Positions 1-20,818 are shown, counted from the stretch's first letter. The stretch: 64,000 nucleotides of DNA from the human T2T-CHM13v2.0 reference genome, Homo sapiens (GCF_009914755.1 NC_060936.1), one strand, 5' to 3'. Numbers and translations are program-made. Notes: generated by a model from the sequence alone, not told the origin.

Positions 1-71
1 TCACGCCACTGCACTCCAGCCTGGTGACAGAGCTAGACTCTGTCTCCAAAACAAACAAACAAACAAACAAA
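1..71 (+). mobile_element. Alu 3' end with (CAAA)n tail
   Basis: GCCACTGCACTCCAGCCTGG..GACTCTGTCTC followed by AAAC repeats; cut by the window edge. Confidence 0.9.
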
Positions 72-651
72 CTGTGGTATAGGGCCAGATTCTTAGATAT
101 GAACTGACATACATCTTGAGGAAGATTTCTGAATTTCTTTCATGAAAGACTAAATCCCATAAATATGTAAGAGTAGTCTTATATTTTTAGATATGTAGAG
201 TCATACTGAACAGAATATTAGAATGTATTAAAATATTAATACAAATACTATGTAATATATACTATCTATATACAATATATAATATGTAATATATTATAAT
301 TTATTACCACCAAAATCCAATGAAATAGGTTCTGACATTAGCTTGATTTTCCACTTAGTGGCGTTAAATAATTTGTCCAAGCCATACCTCTTGTAAGTGA
401 TAATGCTAGGAATCTACTGCGGGTCTCATTTCCCGTCCTGCTTCTTAACTCTTCATGGTATTCTGGAACATTGCCAGGACAAGTTTTATGAGAGGGCAGA
501 GGCTGAATGATAAGCTCTGCTGAAGTGGCAGGGCTAGAATGACTGAATTTTTATTTACATAATGTCTAAAAAGCCAAACTCAATGCACACATACACACCG
601 ACAACAAGCAAAAAAGTCCAACAGGATGGCCTGACATCTAATTTGTTATGA

Positions 652-1010
652 TATTAGTTTGCAGGGCTGCTGTAACAAACCAAAAAGTGGTTGGAAATAG
701 AAATTTATGGAGATTAGGACTCCAAAACCAAGATGTCAGCAGGGCTCATTCCTTGGAGGTATTATGAGAGAGAGATCTGCTCCAAACCTCTTTCCTTGGC
801 ATGTAGATGGCCATCTTCATGCTCACATGTTGTTTTTCCTGTATGTGTGTCTAACTCCAGATTTCCACTTTTTACATGAACACCAGTGATATTGAATTAG
901 CACCTCCTAATGATCTCATTTTTGCTCAATTATCCCTGCAAAGATCTTGTGTCCAAATAAGATCACATTCTAAGATACACAGGCATTTTAAGACACAATT
1001 CAACCCATGA
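652..1010 (-). mobile_element. MLT1-type (ERVL-MaLR) solo LTR
   Basis: TATTAGTTT..GGGCTGCTGTAACAAA, CAAGATGTCAGCAGGG, GATCACATTCT and ACAATTCAACCCAT hallmarks. Confidence 0.75.
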
Positions 1011-1909
1011 TAATTATATTGCAAAGACTTTTAGGGATAGTATAATATAACCTATATATTTTTAATTACTAAGGCTTTAATTAGATACACACTGATTAAA
1101 AACATTCTGTTCATTAGAAATAAGCACATTTTCATTCAGAATTCTCTAAATCAAATATAAACTAATATGAATCAAATAGTCATTGTATCAGGGACTCAAG
1201 GAATGAAATTTAGCTTTAGAATATGAGGAAATTTAAGATTTCACTTTTTTTTTTCCATCTTCTTCTTGAGAGTCTAGACTCTTCCTTAGGTATGAGATGC
1301 AGGAATAGAGTCACATGGCAATGTTAAGGCCCTGGCTTCTGTATCCCTATGTTAATTATTAGGGAAGTGAGTACGGTTATGTTATCTCAGGGCAGACAGG
1401 GGAATATCTCTGTGACTAATCATATGAATGACCACTATGGCCTGCCACACACTGACACTCTATTAAGCACATTGCTGACAGGACCACACCTAATCCTCAC
1501 AACAGTTCTGGAAGGCAGGTATGTTTTCCCTACAGATGAGAAATAGAAGGTTCAGAGAGAAGCTGATCATAGTAGTAAATAATAAATTTAGGCCTGTCCA
1601 GTATCTGGGCCCAGGATCTTTCAACTCTGCTAAGTTCTTTGAAGTTGCAGAATAATAACAAGCCACTTCAGTTTCTCTCATCTGACGTGAAAGGACTCGT
1701 AATGTAGTTTCTGCTGGCATATTAGAAAACCCTTTCCTGCCGCCTTTGCTTTCTGAAGTCTAGGCTGTGTTGAAGAGATTGTGGAGGTTGGATACTATTG
1801 CAGGCTCTGTGTTGAATAAAATCTGTTACAATAAAGTTTTTGAGGAATGAATTAGAAATGACTCTTGGTACAAACAAACTCAGCTAATGATAAATTATTG
1901 CTGCCCTGG

Positions 1910-2790
1910 TTTCATTTACTGAATGAATTAACTCGTTGGGTTTTTACTGGGTGCCTACATGACAAACATCTTTTTAGCCACTGGGACCATAATAGTGAAT
2001 GAAGCAATATCTGCATGGAGTGTGCTCATTATCAAGAAGGGGAAGAAACACTGAACCCATAAATATATTCTAATATGTCATTTAGTGATGAGTGGTATAA
2101 AGAAAAATAATGTAGAATAAAAGGAATGGAGAATGAGAGGAGCTGGGTTGCTAACTTAAGCGGGGGCTTAGAAAATGCCTTGGTGATGAGGCGTCATTTG
2201 AGTAGAGACTGAGTGTCCTTGGGAAGCCACCCACATGGTGAAGAGTGTTCAAAGTGGAGGAAATAGCAAAATGTGGCTATTGCACGGAAAGTGAGAGGAG
2301 GAAGGTGATAGAAAGAAGAGGGTGAGGCATCTTATAGGTCATGGTAAAGATGATTTTTTTCATTGACTGTTCTTTATTCTTGAACTTACGTAAGAATGGA
2401 AGGGCTAAGGAAATAATCACTGAGTGAAAGCACCATAAGGGGCAGAACAGCCTGCACTCAACCAACAGCACTGAGCCTCGAGTCACACCATGAGCAAGAG
2501 GTTAGTGAAAAGAGATAGAACCAGCATAGGAGACTGAGGAGGAGCCATGAGTGAGATAGGATGAAAACCAAACCAGGTGAGCTCAGGAAGCCAAGTATGG
2601 AGGGTGCATTGAAGAGTGTGTTGTGCACATGTACCCTAAAACTTAAAGTATAATAATAATAAAATTTAAAAAAAAGAGGACAGAGTGATGGACTGGGTCA
2701 AATACTGCTGAGAAGTCAGATAGGGTGAGAACTGAGAGATGATCTTGAAATTTAGCAATTTGGAGGTCATGAGTGACCTTGAGGACAGTA
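1910..2790 (-). mobile_element. Degenerate L2 fragments
   Basis: Purine-rich L2-like motifs (GAGACTGAGGAGGAGCC, GAAGCCAAG, AATACTGCTGAGAAGTCAGATAGG, TTTAGCAATTTGGAGGTCA). Confidence 0.6.
2620..2675 (+). mobile_element. Tiny 5'-truncated young L1PA 3' end inserted into L2
   Basis: GTTGTGCACATGTACCCTAAAACTTAAAGTATAATAAT plus A tail. Confidence 0.85.
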
Positions 2791-3722
2791 ACCCTTCAGT
2801 CAATCTTAGCTACCCATCTCTCCTTCAAGCAGAGTAGCTTAATCTTTATCTATTTTACATGTTGAGATTGTTTTAAATTAGGATTTTATGGCTAAATGTA
2901 TTTTAAAATTGGGATATAAGTTCACTCTTTTGTAAGTAAGGAAACTCAGCAGGATAATTCAGTGATTTTCCTAAAGTAACAAAGCAAGTTGGAATAGAGA
3001 GAACCTTGGTTTTTGTATCTTGATTCAGGGATTACATCCACTATTATACATCATTAAATATAGATGCTTGCATGTAATAGCACGTGATAATCCATTACAC
3101 ACACAGACACATATTAAGATATCATGAATGCATACAAAGTGTTTTCATTTGAAATTATAAAAGACCATTTCAGAGCCATAAAATCAAGTATGACTCATCC
3201 ATACACTTCAATATGGTTGATAAGTGATTCTATTAAAATTTTGCATTATTTTATATTAATGTCCATTAAGATAATGTGGTTTTAAATCTTTCAATTTTTA
3301 TTTTAAAATTGATGTATATATGTAGTTATGCATTAATTACATATGCATATATCTACTTATACACTTTATGGTTTATTCCAAAAATTATTTTAAACACATA
3401 TATGCCACACACAGGTTGATGTTAGCATTATTACATGTGTGGAATATTTCTGATTTCTGATTGTGATAATTATTCTAAGACAATAAGATATAAAGTGGAA
3501 ATCAATAAGTGTAAAGCCAGAAAATATAAGAAAATCTATTTAGAAGGTGAAAATAAATATTGCACATAAAAATGTAAGAGAGAGGTTTTAAATATCTTTC
3601 AATACTGGAATATATTTTATATAAATACACCAATTTTCAACTGTAAATATATTCATATATTTAATTTAAGAAACAATTTAACGTAGGCCTTTGATGAATA
3701 AATACATTTTATATTTTATCAG

Positions 3723-3802
3723 GCAAACGAGAAGAAAGAATATGCCAGAAAGTGATCATTAAATCGGTCATAAGGAAACAGGACTGTATGAGCCAAAGCC
3801 CT
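3723..3802 (+). CDS. OTOGL: OTOGL penultimate coding exon (start of C-terminal cystine-knot domain)
   Basis: AG at 3721-3722, GTAAGT at 3803. Reads (C)KREERICQKVIIKSVIRKQDCMSQSP, phase 1 to phase 0, and joins the next exon in frame. Recognised as the otogelin-like C-terminus. Confidence 0.93.
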
Positions 3803-4447
3803 GTAAGTGGAAAAATGTCATTTGCTACATAAATGCACACATCTTTTTAGAAAGTATGTGTGTTACAGAAAGAAGTTTGTAAGCCAACAAACTGCCAACG
3901 CTTAACAATATTTAACTGAGATTATTCCTACATTCTAATGTTGCAATATTCTGTTTGTGAAGAAGTATGAATTATTCTTAGCATAATCAGCAGTTCTGAA
4001 TGATGGTTGCAATCCAGAGGGATAGAAATTGAATCTAAATGTATTTGACTACATGTTGTCTTCACTATGCAATTTTACTCAGCAAAAAGAGTTCTGCTTC
4101 TAACTTTGTCCCTTTTAATATGACCTGCAGCGTGCTTGAGCCATGATATGACACAGGTTACAATAGATTAACTATATTGTGATTAACATATTCCATATAG
4201 ATTTATGTTGAGTTATGTGTGCACATTTAATGCTTTGAATGCTATGTTGAGCATTGCCATGAAACGTCCCTTTGACTTATGTGACTGATGTTTCATTTAT
4301 TGTTTTTTACGATCTTGCAACATGCAGAAGCTTGAGGGTTGGAGTGATGAGGAAGAAAGATTTTCATCAGATTTTCTTAGTGGAATCAAATAATAACCAG
4401 TACTTTTAAAAGTTTAAGACTTTTTTTCTCATTGTCACTTCTTACAG

Positions 4448-4648
4448 ATAAATGTTGCATCTTGTGACGGCAAATGCCCATCAGCTACCATATATAACAT
4501 CAATATTGAAAGTCACCTAAGATTCTGCAAGTGTTGTCGTGAAAATGGAGTACGAAACTTGTCTGTGCCTCTGTATTGCTCAGGAAATGGCACTGAAATT
4601 ATGTACACTCTCCAGGAACCCATAGACTGTACATGCCAGTGGAATTAA
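4448..4648 (+). CDS. OTOGL: OTOGL last coding exon (CTCK domain, stop TAA 4646-4648)
   Basis: Acceptor cttacag at 4441-4447. Reads INVASCDGKCPSATIYNINIESHLRFCKCCRENGVRNLSVPLYCSGNGTEIMYTLQEPIDCTCQWN*, with CxGxC, CxCC and CxC cystine-knot motifs of the vWF/mucin/otogelin family. Confidence 0.95.
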   Translation: MNVASCDGKCPSATIYNINIESHLRFCKCCRENGVRNLSVPLYCSGNGTEIMYTLQEPIDCTCQWN

Positions 4649-5110
4649 ACCCTTGGGTTCCAAGAGCTCTATACAACATCATAACGTCAGATAGAATTAA
4701 CTTTTATTGCTATTACTTAGGCATGTGGCAGATTTATGCTGTTTAACAATACTGTATTTTTCAGACTTGGAATGTGGAAATTTAGCAATTTGTACAAAAT
4801 ATATACAGTTTCAATAGCAAAATTAAATTTATTGCTTTACTCTATTTTAGAAAATCAAATGACTGTAAGTTGTTCAGCTGAAATGCTGTTATGTATTTAA
4901 TTACAACTTGGTGCAGATACAGTATATTCTCATCAACTGGAAGGTTATTTTGCAAAATTCCTTCAATTTCACTCAGTAGCTCTTTTTTTCTTAATTTGCA
5001 AAGTCTGCTATAGCTATCCAAATTAAGGTACCCTTTAATATGTACTCCTTAATCTGGTAAATGTGATCAGTTAAAATTGTCATCTAGATAGCAATAAAGA
5101 GTGATATGCT
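4649..5110 (+). other. OTOGL: OTOGL 3'UTR (proximal part; true end not determinable)
   Basis: Follows the stop codon. Candidate poly(A) signals ATTAAA 4822-4827 and AATAAA 5093-5098; the UTR may extend further. Confidence 0.55.
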
Positions 5111-6559
5111 TAGAGATAGATAATGGATTATTTAAAACCTGAATGGTTTATAGAGAAGTCATTATAAATTCCCCTCATTTTGCAGGTGTAACAGATAACC
5201 AGAGAAGCTGTGTGACTCGTACAAATTTATTCAGTGTAATAATATAGTAAATTCATGTTAACAGTTGGATTAAATCCTAGCTCTCTCTTATTCCAGTACT
5301 ATATCACTTTTAAAATCCTGAGCAGTATGTAGTAAGAGTATATCACAGAATCTTTCATTCTTAAAGAGTTTGCATTGGATAGAATTAAGTATTTTAAGTT
5401 TAACATATTTGAAAAATGCCCCCCATACATTGTTATTCCAATAGTAAGGAGCAGGGAAATATAGCATCATTTGCTAAATAGAGGAGATAGATCTTGAACT
5501 GTTATTTTTTATATAATTAAAACTGCTATTAAATGTGTTGTCAGTATTTAACATTTAGTTACTGTCTCATTAATATTTAATTTTGAGGATGTACTTGCAT
5601 ACTGTTGAAGTTGAGTGCTGTTTTGCTGTTAATGCTGCTGCTTTGCCAATGAAGAATGAAATAAATTTATCTGAATGTATCAATAACTTTAAAATGGAAT
5701 GCTGCACTTTTAAAATATGGTAGATTATTGACATTTGCAAGAAGAATGTATTGAGGTCTTTGGAAATGCCCAAATTCTTTGCCACCTATAATTAAAAATT
5801 GTCTGAATTTTCTCCTCAGTATAAAGGAGTGAATGCCCTACTTAGTGTAATTGTATCAAGTGAAGTCAAACATCAACAAAAGAACAGTAAAGTCTCATTG
5901 CAAAGCAGATACTGGGCCTCAAGGGTGGGCTTAGGCTTAAACTAGATTATCTGCTTTCATATACTAATGTTTTCATTTCAAAATCATGTGTCCCCAAAAT
6001 ATTGCAACTTACTGAATATTTTAGATCTCTTGGGTTACTTAAATATGTGTGAAAAAATCAACATTGCATTGCAAATCCCAGTGTTTACTGTATATGCAAT
6101 TGATTTATCCTGTTTGTGCTTAATATAAGTGTTCCTGAGATGTTAACATTTCAATATTCTCTGATTCCTATTAACATATATATATATATAAAATTAAATG
6201 TTTTTGGTTAAAATATATTAATATTTCACTTAAGAGAAAATGTTATGTATTTCAAATAGAAGTAGCTAATGTTGTATATTATCTATTGCCCATTTTTATT
6301 TCCATTTTCTGTAAAATATTCATTATTAAAAATATTAAGTAATCTTTAAACCTATTTGTGGAGAAATGGGAAACATTCTCCTAGAACTTTATAAACATTC
6401 AACAAATACAACAAATAAGCATTTAGGGCCTACATGTGCCAGGCACTATTATAAACTCTTGGGACACAGGCAAAACTAAACAGACACAGTCCTAACTCCC
6501 TTAATTCTTAGAGTCTAGCAAGAAAGCAGGCCTTAAATAGCCATACATATGATATGAGA

Positions 6560-7650
6560 ATGTCCAGAAAGAGATCCCAAAACTTATTAGAATGTGGCAT
6601 ATCATAAAGATGACTCTGAAATCAGTGGAAGAGTGCAAATTAGCTCTTAATAAATGGTGTTGGGACAACTGAATGGTTACGTAGATAAAGAAAAATTTGA
6701 ATTCATACATCCATTGACATTAGGATAACCTCCAAATGAATCAGAGATTTAAATGTTAAAAAACAAAAGAAGATAGGAGTTACAAAAGAAAATAGGGAAG
6801 AAATCTTAGATTGGGGAGAGCCATTCTAATTGTGACTCAGTATCCAGATACCCCAAATAAATGATTCATAGATTTAACAGTTAGAAAACTGAAAACAGAC
6901 AAATTCTGCTTGGTAGAAAAAAGTCAAAAAAAGATAAAAGCAAAGAAACAATATTTGTGACATATCAGTGACACAGTCTAATCCTCCTGTATGTAAAGAA
7001 CTCTTGAAAAAAATAACAAAAGGAAAAAATTAACAACCTGATAGAAAAATGAGCCAAAGATATAAACTGATAGTTGAAAGAAAAATAAGTAAGACTAGTG
7101 GATCCTTTAACAAAAAAGATAACTGAGCACACTTCTAGCTAATAAAAAATATTTCACATTCAATCTACAGAAATTCAATTTCTCACCTACCAGACTGGTA
7201 AAAAAACCAGAAGTTTAATGATACTTTTATTTTTTAAGGCTCTGGGAAGATAAGCACTCTCACATGTCATTGATGGTAACACAAAATTGTAGAAATCCTA
7301 GGGAAAACCTAGAAATGTATACTAATATTAGAAGTGATTTTTGGTTTGACCAAACTGCCTAGAATATATATGCTGTACAAACGCCTGTACAAATACAAAG
7401 TGGTATTTGTGAAGGTTATTAATTGCAGCATTGTTTGTAATAGAAAAGAACCAACAATAGTTGAATAAACTACGTTAATCCACATGTGTAATACTATACA
7501 TCTGTGAAAATAGAATGAAAAGTATATATTGGTGTGGGATGATTTCTAACACATTTTTAAATTGAATAATGTATTGAAATCTAGAACAGCATATTAGATT
7601 TCTAGGTGTTGTAAATTAAAAAGGCCTAAATAAGAAAATATAATCATATT
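6560..7650 (+). mobile_element. Old L1M ORF2 3'/3'UTR fragment
   Basis: AATAAATGGTGTTGGGACAACTG, AAAAATGAGCCAAAGATATAAAC and TTGCAGCATTGTTTGTAATAG motifs. Confidence 0.7.
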
Positions 7651-7819
7651 TACATAGGAAGTAAACAATGAGGTAATAAAATGGCAAAAACCAATGGTGG
7701 AGGTGGATCAGGGTAGATGAAGATTGGGATGCAAACAAGACTTCTCCATGTATATCTTAATATACATTTTGAGTTTTGAATTATGAATGTATTGCATTTC
7801 AAATATTTAAATTTTATGT

Positions 7820-8890
7820 ATATATATACTAATATAAATAAATGAACAATTCTAAGTTATGATACATGCTGCAAGGGAATAGTAGAGGTTGCTGAGACAG
7901 TGACATAGCAAAATCTAATTTGCATTGGGTGAAAAGTAAAGGGAGGCCTCTGGGAAAATGATGTGTAAGCTGAGACCTGAAGGATGAGTGTGAGTCAAAC
8001 AATAAAGCATTTCCAAGAGAAGGGAACAACATGCATCAAGGTCTTTTGAGAGGAAAGGACAAAGGCTGACCAGGGAAATGATAAACAGAATTTTGTTTGT
8101 TTGTTTCTTTGTTTTGAGTAATGGGGAGTGTGGTATAGAATGAGGCTGGTGAGATGAACTGGGAAGCCAAGCAATAAACAAAAAGGCTGTTATGATGCTA
8201 TTGCTATAGAACAGGTGAGAAATGGCAGTGACAGTGCAGATAGGAGAAATTGTCATATATAAGATATATTTCAGAGGTAAAGTCGAGGACTTGGTAATCA
8301 TTATGACACAGAAAAGTGTTTTGAGAATGCCTCTGAGTTTGATCAGCAGCTGGATGAATGGAGGATAGAAACCTTGGACAGAAAGGTGAATTTTAGCTGT
8401 GAGATGGCAACGTTTAGAATCCATTTCTGAGCATGTTGATATGGTTGATTAGACAACTGAGTGAAGTTATCAGAACGTGGCTATCTCTATTGGTTTGGTG
8501 CTCAAAAAAATCTTTGTTGAAGTATTTTTAGGATTTGTTAATATATAAATTGTATGAAACTATGAGAATGAATGAAGTTATCTAGGGCAAGAGTATATAG
8601 TGAGAGGAAAACAGGATCCAACACTGAGTCTTGAAGACCTTGTACATCTAAGGGATTGTATAGAAAAAGAATGGCCAGGGAAAAGGACTGAGAAAGAATG
8701 GCTATAGAGGTTGAAGTAAAGCCTGGAACCTTGAAGGAGGTCATAGAACCAAGGCAATACAAGGCTATACAAGGGACTGGAGTTACGGTCTATCAAATGA
8801 TGAAGAGTCACTGAATGTATAGAAAGAAGAATTGGTGTTTCTTATGGACAAAAGCATAGTGAAGTGGGTTGAAAGCGGATTGGTAGGTGA
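7820..8890 (-). mobile_element. Degenerate L2
   Basis: AGCTGAGACCTGAAGGATGAGT, GCATTTCCAAGAGAAGGGAACAACATGC and related L2 motifs. Confidence 0.65.
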
Positions 8891-8899
8891 TCAATCTTT

Positions 8900-9480
8900 C
8901 TCGATACATGCACCACTCCACTTCTGCTCATGCAGAGATTCGCTTAGGCACATGCTCATAGTTCTGCAGCTGGTGGTGCTGGACCTGCTTCTGCTTGCAC
9001 CTTCATGGTGGATTCTTCCTACCAGGCTATGGACACTGGAAAAGCACCGCGCATGCGCAGCCGACCCAGTCCCCACCATGGGCCTCCTTCCCTTCCTCTG
9101 ATCACTGCTCAGTCTGCTTCTGTGGAGGAAGGACTCCATCCCTGCCCAGTGCCTGCCATGGGAGCTGTAGCTTCCACCACCACTTCTGGAAAGAAGCACG
9201 TGCCCTCATGAATGCCTTGATGAGCTGAGTAATACACCTGGAAAGAGCAGAGGAGTTAATATCCTATGGGGTGAACTCTGACCAAGGAGTAACAGGCCCA
9301 GGAGTCAGCCAGTAAATTGCTCACCGTTGCTCCTCACTCCCAGTGATCTTTCCAAGATGTAGGCGTTCCATTTGGCCTTTCCAGGTACGTCTCTGTGAGT
9401 TGTGTCCTGCTGTCCAACAATCTGCCTTGTACTTGCTTTTGATCCTCTCCTATGTCATCTCACTTTCCTTAAGTTACTTC
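8900..9480. mobile_element. ERVL LTR16-like solo LTR
   Basis: GGAGTTAATATCCTATGGGGTGAACTCTGACCAA...GCCAGTAAATTGCT resembles LTR16-family consensus as recalled; boundaries approximate. Confidence 0.5.
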
Positions 9481-10764
9481 CTCCCAGTCTTCCCCACCTC
9501 AGGCTCTACTTCAACCTCTATGGCCATTCTTTGTCAGTCCCCTTCCTTGGCGGTTCACAGATCTCAATGCTGCGTGTGTGTGTGTGTTTACGTTGTGTAT
9601 ACATACACATACGTATATACTTCCTGATAGGCTCAGAAATAAACATTAAAACTACAAGATGCAATTGTTTTGTTATTAAATCAGTAAAGACTTTTAACTG
9701 TATACTCTGTCATGTTGGGAGGGAGAAGAGTAAAAAACAGACTCTCATGTGTTGATTGTAGAAAGTAAAAACAAAATAGCCACACAAATAATTTATTTCG
9801 AATATTTGTTTATTTATTTTTGCCTTTCTTTCTGCCTCTCCTGATCTTAAACATATATTTCTGTAATTTTTAAGTTCGTAAAAATTATTATATTCTTATG
9901 CATTTTTTCTGCAGCAGAGATTTTATATGCTATATAGTAGTCCATTAAGTGAATATCACAATTGACTTAGCCAGTCTATTAATGGATATTTATTGCTATT
10001 TTTTTATCTAAATAAATCCTTAAGCATGAAGTGGAATTGAAAGATCAAGTGGTATCAACATGTGAAGAATTTCTTTTCCTATTGCCAAATTTGTCTTCCA
10101 CAACTGGTGAATCAACCAGTTTGCTCCCACAAACACTATTTATGAGTTTGTTTCCTTTATCATCATCAATATTATGTAGTAACAGATAAACTAATTGATA
10201 TAATAAGCAAAAAACACCAGCTCATATGATACTAGTATATGTATCTGAGCTTGCCACTGAATTCAAACCTTTTTACATACTTACTGTAGTTCTTTTGTCT
10301 ATTTTTCCTGTGTCTATTTTCTTCCTTGGTAATTTCAAACTATGCCCTATAAGGACAAACAATTTTACAAACTTTAACTTACCTAACACTACCTTTTAAA
10401 GGTTATATTACAATGAATGTAATCTAGCAATTTTGATCCTGTTTTTAAAAGTTGAATTATTAACAAAATAAAACCTGTCATTCATGTTAGTTTTAAGAGG
10501 TGAATCAAATTAATTACTAATTTATCAATTCAGTGAAGCTGAAAAGGAGAAGAGACAGACAGTCTCTTAAGTTGCTATGCCTACCAGCAGAAAAGAGGCT
10601 CTTAATAGGAACTGAAATGTTTTTGAGTTTTTTTTTCAGGCAATTAATTACCATGCAAAGTTTTAGCTTAATGTTCACGTTGCATAGAAAATAACACTAA
10701 ATTTTTGAAATCCAGATATTTCAACTAATTAAAATTGATATATTGAGAAGATTTGTGGTTATAT

Positions 10765-11954
<1,190 letters not shown>

Positions 11955-12744
11955 ACATATAGATTCAGATAATTTCAAAATACATAATAAGTATCATTGA
12001 TCAGAGGGCCTGTAGCTCAAGTGGGTTAGGATTTATATTTGTGCTAATATTCCCAGACAGGGTTGCTGTGAATGGTTGTACAGTCTGGGCATTGTATAAA
12101 AGTGCTTATCTTATATAAGAAAGGTAGTGCTGAATTGTAGGTCAGGCTCTTCAAGCCAAGACGTGTAACTTGACAAGGGGCTGTTTCTACCTAGAGGAAG
12201 GAATGCCTTTTTTTCTTTGCATGAAGATGAAGGCACTGTCCTCTTATCAAGCCAAACACCCAAGTTTGGGGCTGCGTCTTCCCAGAGGGAGGAGCCTGTT
12301 TCCTGTAACTCCTGAGGTTAGAAGCGGAAGCCTTGTTCCAATTCACCCACCAGACATTATGCGTTTTCCTAATATATCTAAGGACACACCATGTGGTAAT
12401 TTGTACAAAAGTTACCTACTGTTGTGTTACTAGCCTTCATTTTTTTTCTAATAAATTCTTATAAATGGATGTAGTGCTTGGAAACTTCCATTTTCATTGC
12501 ATCCTTGCGGAGGGAAAAAAAACTTCTCAGAGTTTATTCACTAACAGCTGCTAATGAGAAAGTTTTAAATGTCTAGCTAAAGACAAAATTATATTGCTAT
12601 AAAAATATCATCTATTTAAAAAATACAATTACAGAAATCTAGGGATGGATAAAAAATAGAAAACTATGTTTTTTATGAAAGAATATGTAATTTAAATTTT
12701 TCTGCATTCATAACAATATGTATTTTGTATCAAAATTATATTTA

Positions 12745-12845
12745 AGCTAATTTTTTGTATTTTTGGTAGAGACAGGGTTTCACCGTGTTAGCCAGGGTGG
12801 TATCAATCTCCTGACCTTGTGATCCACCTGCCTTGGCCTCCCAAG
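12745..12845 (-). mobile_element. Alu fragment (left arm and linker)
   Basis: GCTAATTTTTTGTATTTTT..GATCCACCTGCCTTGGCCTCCCAA; truncated at both ends. Confidence 0.85.
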
Positions 12846-12979
12846 AGTTTTTTCTTTTGCAAAGTAATAAACCTCAGCATTAAAGTCACTGAAGTAAGTA
12901 ATTTTCAAAATATTTTGCCAAATATTTCTTTTAAATATAAGGATTATTTTTCAACTTCCTTATTGTTAAGAATACCACT

Positions 12980-18551
<5,572 letters not shown>

Positions 18552-20816
18552 TTATTTTTAATTATATCTGTCTATATTAATATTTTCTATCAAAAGCCAT
18601 ATATGCACGCACATAAACACACAAAGACATAAATAAGCTCAGTTTTGTAACCCAACCTAATAGTTCTATATGTGAATTAGCTGTAACCCTTACTGCCAGG
18701 CCTAATGTCTCCATTACTGAATTGTTGTTTGCTTTATTTCTTGGTTGCTTGACATGTAATGTCAAGTAATTTTTCTCTGGAAAGGCACATGGATTGTATA
18801 TTCTAAGGTTTTATTCATAGCATAGCATGACAGCTAAGGTCTCAAGTTCTCAGATCAAGTAGGTACAACGTCAAATCTTTATGCAATTATTTGTGACTCT
18901 AAGTAAATTGAACAATTTTACACTTCATATTTTTTCAAATGTCCTATAGAAATAGTGTCAAGCTAATGAGAATAACATATGTAAAGCAGTTAGTAGAACT
19001 TTAAGCACATGGAAAGGACTTGAGATACGTACATATATATATATAATATAATATATATAAAATAGCTGGGTATAAAAATTTGAGGTCATAGTTACTTTCA
19101 AAAAAGCAGACATTGCTTCACTGTGTTTGGATATTTAGTATTCCAAAAGAAAAGTGGTTCTAGCTTATATTTTTTTCCATTATAGATATATTATTTTTGT
19201 TTCCTAAATTATTGCTTATTGAAATTTTCCTTCAAGGTTTGAATTCAACAATATTGTGAAAATGTGTATGGTTATGGTTCTCTATCCATTGATATTCCTT
19301 AAGACGTTTTAAGTCTTTCAATCTTCACATGGTCATTTTCTAAATACATAAAATGTATTCTATTACTAGTATGTTTTATTTGGTATGCTTTCATTTCAGT
19401 TAATCTTGTTTTATACACAGGAACATTATAATTATATTTATGTTGTTTATCTTTCATACTTTTGACATTTTCTCTCATATTTCATCTTTTTGTTCTGTAT
19501 AATTATAGAGGTTTTCAAGTTTTCCTTCCACGGTACCAATTTACTTACTTCAATCAGTGTAGATTATAATTCTGTGAATGCAGAATTTTTAGTTTCCTTG
19601 CATTAATTTTTTATCTAATGTCATTTTTATATCATCCAATTTTTTTAACCTCAAGTTGTTTTATATCTATGCCAGACTGTTTTTTCCTCTAAATATTTTT
19701 CTACATGTCTTTTGCACCCTTTAGAGAAAAACCAAACTCTCCTCTACTTTGTTCCCAAATTTCCCAACACGGTGCTTATATTAATTTGTTATTCCTCTGA
19801 TGTTTTAGGATCCTATTCTCTCTCCGTTTCTTTGTAGTAATATTCCATAGGTTTTATGGCTTATTTTCATGTCATTTTGGCTGTTTATTAGTGATTAGTG
19901 TATATGGTTTACTCTTGGTTATACTCTATTACCACTTGAGGAATTGTCAACTTTTTATTCTCATATTTCCAACTATAGGGCATGATAATAAAGTTGATTC
20001 CCATTTCATTTTCCGTATTTTAGCTAGCATTTCCTAATATTCTCAATTATGCAGAGGTGGCCACTTTTCCAAACTCTATTCATGCTTCTCTAATATCCTG
20101 AATTGTCCAAATATAAGGGAAGTTCCAGTTCCCTTCATGCACAACTACTGTTTTGGGTTTTTGTTTTTCCTGACTCTTTCTAAATCTACCATGTTTGCCT
20201 CATGGTGACCAACTAATAAAATACAGTGGGCTAGAATGTGTTGTTTCCTGGGAGCTATTATCTCTGAATAAAAATAGAAAGCCAGGGAGATAGTTGGAGT
20301 GAGAGAAACTTTAGCTACTTTTAGATATACGGTTGTATAATAATGTGGTCTCTGACCAGTTCCTGTTAGGTGTAGATCCCAAAACTCTGAGTTGAAGAAC
20401 TGGAAATGTAAGATATGATAGATATCTCCTTTCACTTTTCTTGGTTGACTTGTTTTCTATTTTACAGATTTTCTTCTGAACTCAATTTTACTGTTACACA
20501 ATTTTAGTTGTGATTTTGTTTTTGTTTTTGTTTTTTCTATTTTTCTTCAATGTTTAGAGAAACAGTCAGTTTTACATTAAGGAGTACTGTCATGCACACT
20601 TGAAGATGCATTTGAACATTTTTCTGATATCAAAAATTTGGAAACAACTTAAATATTCTATAATTCTATTTTTTGATTATTATATAAATTGTGACATAAC
20701 TTGGATTATTATGCATAATTCAAAATCATATTTTAAAAAATTCTTTACTGACACAAAATATTTTGTGAAAAAACAAGATACATATATAACTGGATTATTC
20801 CTGTCTTGCTAAAAAA

Positions 20817-20818
<2 letters not shown>

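Noticed and set aside
349-364. CCACTTAGTGGCG as a CTCF site
   Set aside because: Mismatches in the central core and no upstream motif; too weak without data.
7915-8424. 169-aa minus-strand ORF
   Set aside because: Lies within degenerate L2 sequence and has no protein-like motifs.
8832-9228. Overlapping GC-rich ORFs suggesting a processed pseudogene
   Set aside because: No recognisable protein, poly(A) tail or TSD; the sequence resembles an ERVL LTR.
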